Origin: an uncultured Verrucomicrobiota bacterium
GTDB lineage: Bacteria; Verrucomicrobiota; Kiritimatiellia; CAIQIC01; Lenti-01
Assembly: GCA_964399775.1 (NCBI GenBank)
Contig: CAYNSH010000002.1
Location: 2,556-66,555 of the forward strand
Length of the DNA stretch: 64,000 nucleotides
Direction: 5' to 3'
Part shown: piece by piece, positions 54,301 to 63,300 of the stretch
Layout: each line of letters opens with the position of its first letter
Numbering within the stretch: position 1 is the first letter of the stretch
Position numbers and translations under genes: made by a program
The notes under the pieces: generated by a model
What the model was told of the DNA's origin: nothing
Seen by the model: only the letters and a program-made list of their open reading frames with translations
Databases searched by the model: none

Positions 54301-57300
54301 GGGCAGATTGGGATTCAGCCGCCGGCCCAGCGCGCCATTGGCCTGCGGATCGCTGGTGCTCAAACTCGTGCTGTTGGTGGCCAACACCCAGTAGAACATC
54401 TCCACGCCCGCCGCCGGGGTGAAATCGTCGTGCGTGAGCGTGTTGGCCCCCACCGTGTTCACATACGACGCTCCGTCGAAGCTGTTGACGGTGTTGCGCC
54501 AGAGGGCATAGCCGGTTTCGCCGACCACGTCCGACCAGGTCACCACGATCTTGTCGGCATGCACGTCGTAGGTGGCCTGCACGTTCGGCGGCGGCGCCAG
54601 CTTGCGATAACCGGTATCCACGATGCTCCAGTCGCTGGTGCTCGAACTGGTGTTGGCTTCCGCCATCACCCAGTACCAATACAACTGGCCCGGAATCGCC
54701 GTCGTGTCCAAGTAGCCGCTCGTGCGCAACCCCATGTCGGACAGCGCGCCCAACGCCGGGTCCGGATCGATGTTGCGATAGAGCCGGTAGTCCGTCGCGC
54801 CCTCCACCCCGGTCCAGGTAATTTCCACATGATTGGTCGAAATCCCGTCCGACGCTTCCAGGCCGGTTGGCGCCAGCAGCCGCCGGTAGCCGAGGTTGTC
54901 GTTCATGTAGGACGGGCTCATGGGGCTCGAGCCAATCGCATTGGTGGCCGTCACCCAGTAGTAGTACACCAGACCCGGCACCGCCGTATCATCGTCATAG
55001 GTTGTCTCATTGGCAGTCGTTGTGCCGATTTCCACTCCGCTGCCCGGCAGATCCAGCGTATGCCGCCAGACGGTATAGCCGTCTTCGTCCGCCACGTTCT
55101 CCCACGTCACGCGCACATGGTCCGTGAAGGTTCCCTTGGTGGCCACCAGCCACACCGGCGCCAGCGGCGAACCCGTGTCCGTCGTCACGTCTTCGGTGGC
55201 CGTGTTCTCGCTGACGCAACCGCCGTCGCCCACTGCCCGAACGCGGAAGTAATAGGTCGTGTTTTCCGTCAACCCCGTCACCACGACGCTGGTGTCCGGC
55301 AGTTCGACCAGGCGGTTTTCGTAGCCGTCCACGAACGCCGACGTGTATTCGCCCGCCTGCCAGCCCTGGACCACCAGGCGTTCCACGCCCACGCCGCGGG
55401 TGTTGTCGGCCCCGGGCACCTGCCAGCGGATCCGCGTCTCGGGATATCCCAGATGCGTCGTGTTGGTCACCGTCGGCATAACCTGCAGGGTATTGACCCA
55501 CGGCGCCACCGTGCCGATCACCGCCCAGTCCAGGCCGTTGTTCGTCGAAATGGAAATCACAATGTTGGTGGTCCCCGCCGCCGTCCCGCCATAGGTGCGC
55601 GCCCGCAGGTCGACCGTCAGATTGGTCAAGCCCATCGTGGAGAACGGCGAAGACGTGATCACCGATGTTGGCTTGATCATGCCCACGTAGCCGGACCCGG
55701 TGAACAGATCCCATCCCGACCAGTCATTTGTGATGGCGCCGGCCGTGGTGGCCGCATTGCTCGCCAGCAGCAGGAGCGTACTCGCGCCATAGCCCCCGGT
55801 GAACGTGTCGGTCTGGCTGACGTCGATCCGGTAGGCCGCCGCGCCCGTCGAGGCGTCCCATTCCGCCGTGAAGTCGAAGTAGTTCGTCTCGCTGGCATGT
55901 AATCCCGTCGGCGGCGCCGGGGTGAACGTCGTGGCGCTGTCGCTCAGCGGCATGGAGTACAGCGTCTCGGTGTCGAAGTACGACCACGCCCGGTAGAAGT
56001 ACTCCCGGCAGGAATCCAGCCCGGTGTGTTCGTGACTGACGCCCGTCCCGTTGTAGATCAGCGTGCCGCCCGCAAACGCCTGGCCCACCGCGGGCGGCGC
56101 ACCTTCCGGTGCCGTGAAATCATCGTTCCCCGTCGTGTTGAATACGATCACCACCGGATGCCCCAAGGCGTTCGCCTCAAAGGCGAGATCGATCTGCGAC
56201 ACGCTGACGGCCGTCGCCGTGAACGATGCCGGCGGGGCCACGGTGCTGATTCGCGTCGTCACCTCTTCGGTGGCCGTGGACGCGCTCGCGCACTCCCCGT
56301 CGCCCACCGCCCGCACCCGGAAGTAGTACGTCGTGTTCTCCACCAGCCCTGTCACCGACACGCTCGTGCCGGGCACCGACCGGTTCTCGTAGCCGTCCAC
56401 AAAGCTGGCCACCATCGCGTCGCCCTTCACCACGATGTCGTCGATGCGGCTGGTGCCGGTGCTGGCCACGTCATCGACCCCGTTGAGGCGCAGGTTGCTG
56501 GTCATGATCCAGCGCAGATAGACGATATCCTCGTCTTCGCAGGCGCTCGGCAACGACACGTCGGTCAAGACGCCGCTGGTCCAGTTGTCAGCCACGGTTA
56601 TCCCGCCGCCCGCCACGTCTGTCCAGGTGCCGCCCGCGCCGACCTTGTACTGCAACTTGAAGTCCCGGGGGCCGGTGGAGGAGGACCGCTGCACCGAACT
56701 GACCGTGAGGTCCGTCGCCCCGAGGGTGCTGAACGAAACCTCATAATACTTCGCCCCGGATCCGCTGTCCCACCCATTGGCCGAAGCGGCTTGCCCCGAA
56801 ACCCCGGCAGAGAACGTAATGGTGCCCGGCGTGGTTCCGGCGGTGGTGCTGAGTTCCCGGGCCAGGTTCATTGACAGCCCGCTGTCGGCCACCACGTCGG
56901 AATCATCGAAATTCCATCCCACGATGGTGGCGTCCTGCAACTCGGTTTCAAAGTCGGCGTATTCGCTGACGTCGATCTGGTAGCTGGCGGCGCCGTCGGA
57001 GGCCGTCCACGCCGCCGTGAAGTCCACGAAGTTGGTGGCGCTGGCGTGCAGGTCCGTCGGCGTGGCCGGCGTTGCCGTGAGGGCATCGTCTTCCAGCGGG
57101 GTGACGGAATAGAGCGCGCCGTCGTACGACCACGCCTGGTAGTAGTAGCGCGTGCAGGAGTCGAGGTCGGTGTGCTGCAGGCCGGTCTCGGTGTCGTCGT
57201 GATAGAGCAGCGTACCGCCCGCGAAGGCGTTGCCCACGGCCGGCGGGGCGCCGTCCGGCTCGACGAAATCCTCCGGATCCAGCGCCCAGACAATCACGAT

Positions 57301-60300
57301 GGCGTCGCCCTGCGCATTCGGCGTGAACGCCAGGTCAATCCGCGTCGCGTTCACGGTCGTCGCCGTGAACGTCGCCGGCGGCAGCGGACGGCCCAGCCGC
57401 GTCGTCACTTCCTCGACCGCCGTATTGGCGCTCTCGCAGCCCCCGTCGCCCACCGAGCGCACCCGGAAGTAGTACGTCGTGTTCTCGTCGAGCCCTTCGA
57501 TCAACTGGCTCGTCCCCGACTCAACCAGCAAGCCGTCGTACCCCGGCACGATCCCCCCGCCCGGATACGGCGTCAGCCGGATGTCGTCGATGTTGAGCTG
57601 CCGGTTGTCAGTCCCGCTCTCCGTCGCCCGCTTGATCCGAACCCGGACATCACCTTCGACGTTGACGACTTCGGAGAAGGTCTGCACGTCAGCGCTTGCC
57701 GGCGCCGTGAAGTCCGAACCGACTTGCACCCAGGTCGAGCCGTTGTTGGTACTGATCTGCACCATCCAGTCCACCTGAGTGGCCGTGCCATACCGGCGAT
57801 ATTGGAAGGAAAGGGTTCCGAGCCCGTTGGTGTAATTCTCCAGCATCGTCATGGAGGAGGTGCCGTACCCGCGCATGCGGACCGAGCGGCTTCCGTTCTT
57901 CCAGTCGTCCGCAATCGTCCCGATCAATGCCTCGGTAAGATCCCAGTCCAGCCCGCTGAGATTCACCGTGGCGGAGGCATAGGCGGCCTTGGTCTCTCCG
58001 GTTCCCTCGAAGTCCACGAAATAATCCGCCGGAGCTTCCGTGAACTGGTCATCCGTGCTGACATCGATCCGGTAGGCGGCGGCGCCGGCGGCGGCCGTCC
58101 ACGTCGCGGTGAAGTCGGTGGCATTGGTCTCGCTGGCATGCAGCCCGGTGGGGGCCGCCGGCGTGGTGGTCCAGTCGTCGTCTTCCAGGCCGGTGACGGA
58201 ATACAGCGCCCCGTCGTACGACCACGCCTTGTAGTAGTAGCGCGTACAGGACAGCAGGCCGGAGTGGGTCTGCGGCGAAGCACCGCCCACATAGACCAGC
58301 GTGCCGCCGGCGAACGCTTCGCCCACGTCCGGGGGAGCGCCCGACGGCGTGCCGAACGTCCCGGTCTCGTTGTACACGATCACCACGTTGTTCTCGGCGG
58401 CGTTGCGGGTGAACGCCAGCGTCATCGAGGATACACTGGCCGGCGTCACCGAGAACGCCGCTGGGGCGTCCGGCGCCGACATATCCGTCGTCACGTCTTC
58501 GGTTGTCGAATTTGCGCTGACACAGCCGCCATCGCCCACCGCCCGCACCCGGAAGTAGTACGTTGTATCTTCGTCCAACCCCTCGACCAGCTGGCTTGTG
58601 CCGGACTCGACCAGGAGATTCTCGTAGCCGTCCACGAAGGAGGGGGCCAACGCTGAGCCGGTCAGGTTGATGTCATCGATACGGAACGCAGGGCCCGAGG
58701 CAGCCGTGTTAAGGAATCGAATCCGCAAGTTGCTGCCCGCCATGCCGTCGGGAATGCTGTTGGTTCGGTAATGCCAAGTTGCGGTTCCAGTCCCCGTGGG
58801 CAGTTCGACGTCGCCGCAGGATACCCAGTCCGTCCCGTTGGTGCTCGCCTGGATGGACATGGAACTGCCATCTTCTGTAGTAGTGCTTTTGTATATCCCG
58901 TAATACAGCTTCATGTTGGTGAACCCAACTGAATCAATGCCGGAGATAATGAACGTTTTGTCCCCCCCCGTTGTGATGAAGGCATTGTTACCACCGGATG
59001 CGCCAGTGTATCCGGAAGAATGGGTATTGTTGCGAATATCGCCGGTACCGCTCATCGTCAGATCTGTGTTGGCGAAACCATCGTTGGATTCATGAGTGGC
59101 AATCGCCGTCGTACTGCCAACGCCATCGGCCCCCATGGTCTCCACTTCGTCAAATATATTATGCGTGCTTGAGACGCCGAACGTCTCGCTCTCACTCACA
59201 TCCAGCCGGTAAGCCGCAGCGCCAGAAACGGCGGTCCATGTGGCGGTGAATTCGTCCGTGCCGACATCGATGGCTTCCAGCCCGGTCGGGGCCGCCGGGG
59301 TGGCGGTAATTGCGTCGTCCGAGAGCGGCTCCGAATAGGCGGTTCCGGCGATGGACCACGCCCGGTAGTAGTAGCGCGTGCAGGACAGCAGGCCCGTGTG
59401 CTCGTAGCTGTCGCCGGTGCCGTTGTAGATCAGCGTGCCGCCCGCAAAGGGTTCGCCCACGGCGGGGGGGGCACCGGAAGGCGCCTCGAAGTCGTCCGGA
59501 TCCAAGGCAAAGGCGATCACCACGTTGCGCTGCGAGGCATTGGTCGCAAACGCCAGGTCGATGCGCGTCGCGCTGATCGGCGTCGCAGAGAATTCCGCCG
59601 GCGGGTCCACGATCGTTGTCACGCTTTCCGTGTCTGAGTTGCCGCTCGTACACCAGTCTGTCACCGCCCGTACACGGTAGAAGTATTCTGTGCCCTCCTC
59701 CAGCCCCGTGACCTCTTGGCTCGTACCCGAGGACACCAGGAGGTTCTCATAGCCATCGAGGAAAGAGGGTGCCATCGGAAGTCCCGAAAGGCGCACGTCG
59801 TCAATGCGGCCGGCAATTGTCCCGGACTTGACCCAGCGCAGGCTGAGGTTGGCCGATCCTGTGGCTCCTGCCGGGACAGACAGAGGACCCACCAGATACC
59901 ATCCCGCTCCGGCCGAAGACGCCGGCATATTGCTGATCGTGATGGTATTCCAAGTGGACCCGGAGTTCGTCGACCACTCCAAGACGTAGGTCATCGGATC
60001 TGTGTCTACGCCGCCTTCTTTTCGATAACCGAAGCTCAGCAACAGATCCGCATACCCCCGCGAATCGATTCCGGAAATGCTGAATCCGCGTTCACCGGCC
60101 GTCGCGGTGAAGAAGACGTTGGCCCCGCCGGATGCACCGGTGTAGGTGTCGGACACGCTGGTCTGGCGAATGTCCGCCGGATTGGCCGCGCCGCCATCGC
60201 CCATGGTGTAGCTGTTGTTGTCGAATCCGTCGTTGCCCTCGTGGGTGGAAATCGCCGTGGTGCCCCCCACGGTTCCCATCGATTCCGTGAAAAGGTCTTC

Positions 60301-63300
60301 CCTCGTCCCCGCGGCCATGAACGTCTCGTATTTGCTCACATCCAGCCGGTAGCCGGTGGCGCCGTCGAGGGCGTCCCAGTTGGCGGTGAAGCTGGTGCCG
60401 CCGACATCGGTGGCGGCCTGGATTACGGGAACGTCGTCAAAACAGTCGGCTTCGAATTCCTCTTCCTGGCCGTAGCCGGTACCTTCACTGTTGATCGCGT
60501 ACGCGCGCACATAATAGGTGCGGCCGGGGGTCAGGCTGCCCATGAAGTTGGTGAAGGTGCCCATGCCGTCGCCCACCACGCTCTTGTTGGGACTGTCGGT
60601 GTCGGGATTCGGGCTGGTGCTCCAGACCACGCCGCGTTCGGTCACGGTGGCGTTGCCGTCGTCAGTCACCTCACCGCCGCCCTTGGCCGACGTCGGCGTG
60701 ATTTCCGTCACTTCGTCGGTGATGACCGTGGGCACCGACAGCGCCAGCGGGGTGAAGATCAGGTCGAGGCTGCCGTCTTCGATGCTGAACGTGCCGCCGC
60801 CCAGGTCGTGATCAAAGCCGGCGGCATTGACCGCGAAACGCTCCGCGTTGAAGCCGGAGACAGTGCCCGCCATGATCGTCCAGCGGTAGGGCGTACGGTT
60901 GTCAAAGCCCGTGGAGCTGCCGTGCAGGTAGATGGTGAAGGTGCCCGAGCCGTTGACGGTGATGGTGCCGGAGGCATCCAGCAGGTCCCAATCCGTGCCT
61001 TCGGTGCCATCCACGTCGTACATGTCCACGCGCAGGTCGCCGCCCGCCTGCAGCGTCACGGCCCCGGCGTTCAGGGTGCCGCGCCCGCCGACGGTGTTGC
61101 CCGGATCCACCAGTCCGCCGATGATCAAGTCGCCGACCGTGCCGTTGCCCATCAGCGTCGCGCCGGAAGAAACCGTCACGTCCGAATCCTCCAGCGAGCC
61201 GCTGACCAGCAGCGTCCCGGCGCTGACGGTCGTATCGCCGCTCATGCTGCTCGTGCCGGACAGGGTCAGCGTGCCCGCGCCCAGCTTAGTCAGCGTGCCC
61301 GTCCCGGAAATCACTCCGGCGTAGGTCGAGGCGTCGGAGCGGTTGAAGACCAGGGCCGCGTTGTTGACGATGTTGCCGGAAATGATGCCGCTGGTGCCGC
61401 CCGCGCCGACCTGCAAGGTGCCCGCGCTGATCGTCGTGCCGCCGCTGTAGTCATTCGCCCCGGCGATGATGACCGTGCCGTCGCCGGTCTTGGTGACGCT
61501 GCCCGTGCCCGTAAGTTTTTCCGTGCCATCGGCCACGGTCAGCGTGGCGCTGGCCGGCGTCGTCAGGATCAACGCCTTGTTCAGCGTGATGGTCGCATCC
61601 AGCGTGGCGGTCCCGGCTTCGTTCATCCCGATCGTGCGCGTGCCGTCGCCGGTCACCACGGTCACGTCCGTCACCAGTTCCTTGGTGTCGGCCACGTACA
61701 ACGCCACGTTGTTGGCCGTGGTGTTGTAGCCCAGCACGATTTCCGCATCGCCCAGCGCCGTGGAGGTGCCCAGCTTCAGCGAACCGTTTTCGATCAGGGT
61801 TTCGCTCCGGTAGGTGGCGTCGCCCGCCATCGTGATGAGGCCCGCCCCGAGCTTGTGGATGCCGCCATAACCCGACAGCGAGCCCAGAATGGTCACCGGT
61901 TCCGCGTTGTTCAGCCGCAGATAGTAGCCCGGAGCCGATCCGCCGGCGTCAATCGTCACGCCGCCTTCCAGCGTGATGGTCCCCGAGCCGTGGTTGAAGT
62001 TGAACTGGCGAGTGCCGGGGGTTTCCAGCCCGCCATCGTCGAAGAACCCGGCCGCGATGCTCACATCGTAGGTGTCCGCCACGCTGAAATTCAAGACCGC
62101 GCTCTGGTCCACCTGGTCCGCATTGTCCGTGGTGCCCAACTGGTAAATCGTGCCCTCGGTGAACGAGGCGTTGGGGCCGATCGTCGCCGTGCCGGAATCC
62201 TGGAAGATATTGGCCTCGATCGAGCCGTCGAACGTCGGCGAGCCGCTGCCGCGCAGCACCAGCCCGCGGGTGCCGGGGTTGATGATGTCGCGCGAGAACA
62301 GGACCGCGTTGACGATTTCCAGCGCCCGGTTGTCGTCGTCGTTGAAGTCCAGGTCGATGTTACCCGAGATCGTGAAATCGCCGGTTTCCGTGTTGGCGAT
62401 GCGCGTCACGTAGGTGCCGCCGCCGTCCTCGCCCAGCAGATAAATGTCGCCGGATATCGTGGCGTTGCCCGTTCCGATCTTCTCGATGGAGGCCACGGCG
62501 TCGGCCAGCAGCGGCCGCGCCACGATGTCGTTGACCAGCGTCAACCCGCTGGCGATCTGCAGCGTGGCATCCCCCGCCCCGACGGCATCGCTCGAGAGAT
62601 AGATGTCCCCCGTGCCCGCCGCACCCGCATGATTCAGCGTCAGCGTGCCGCGATCCACGTAGAAATGCCCGTCAAACGTGTTGGCCCCGCCCAAGACCAG
62701 TTTGCCGGGCTGGTTCTTGACGAGGTAGTAGCTCTCCGCGCCGTCGGTGATCACGCCGTTGTAGGTCAGCGTCTTGGCATCCGCCACCGCCAGATAGGCC
62801 CAGCCCAGCAGCGTGAGCCCGCGGTTGGCGCTCATCGTGAAGTCGTCCGTCGCCACCAGCGCCGTCCCTTCCGACAGCTTCAGGTGGCTGCCGATCGCCG
62901 ACTCGGGCACCGCGCCCAGCGAACCGTCCGCCGCGACCTGCAGCGTGCCGCCCTGGATCTCCGTGCCCAGGCTGTAGGTGTTGCCCGCGTGGTTCAGCGT
63001 GATGGTTCCCGTGCCCAGCTTCAACAGCACGTTCGGGCTCGGCGTGTCCGGGCAGTGCGGATTCGTGCCGTCCGTGATCTTGCCGTAGATCGTCCGCGTG
63101 CCGTTGTCGCCGCCGAACGCCACATAGCCCAGGTTCGTCACCGCCGTCTCCTGCTTCCAGTAGGCGTTCTTGTTGCCCTTGTTGTCACCGTCGCATTCGC
63201 TGTAGTCGTTGTTGTAGTAGATGGAGTAGCCATCAATCCGGTCGTTCTCGCCCGGCGTTCCGCTCATCGTCCGGTCGTACTTCGGATCCTGCCCCACGAT

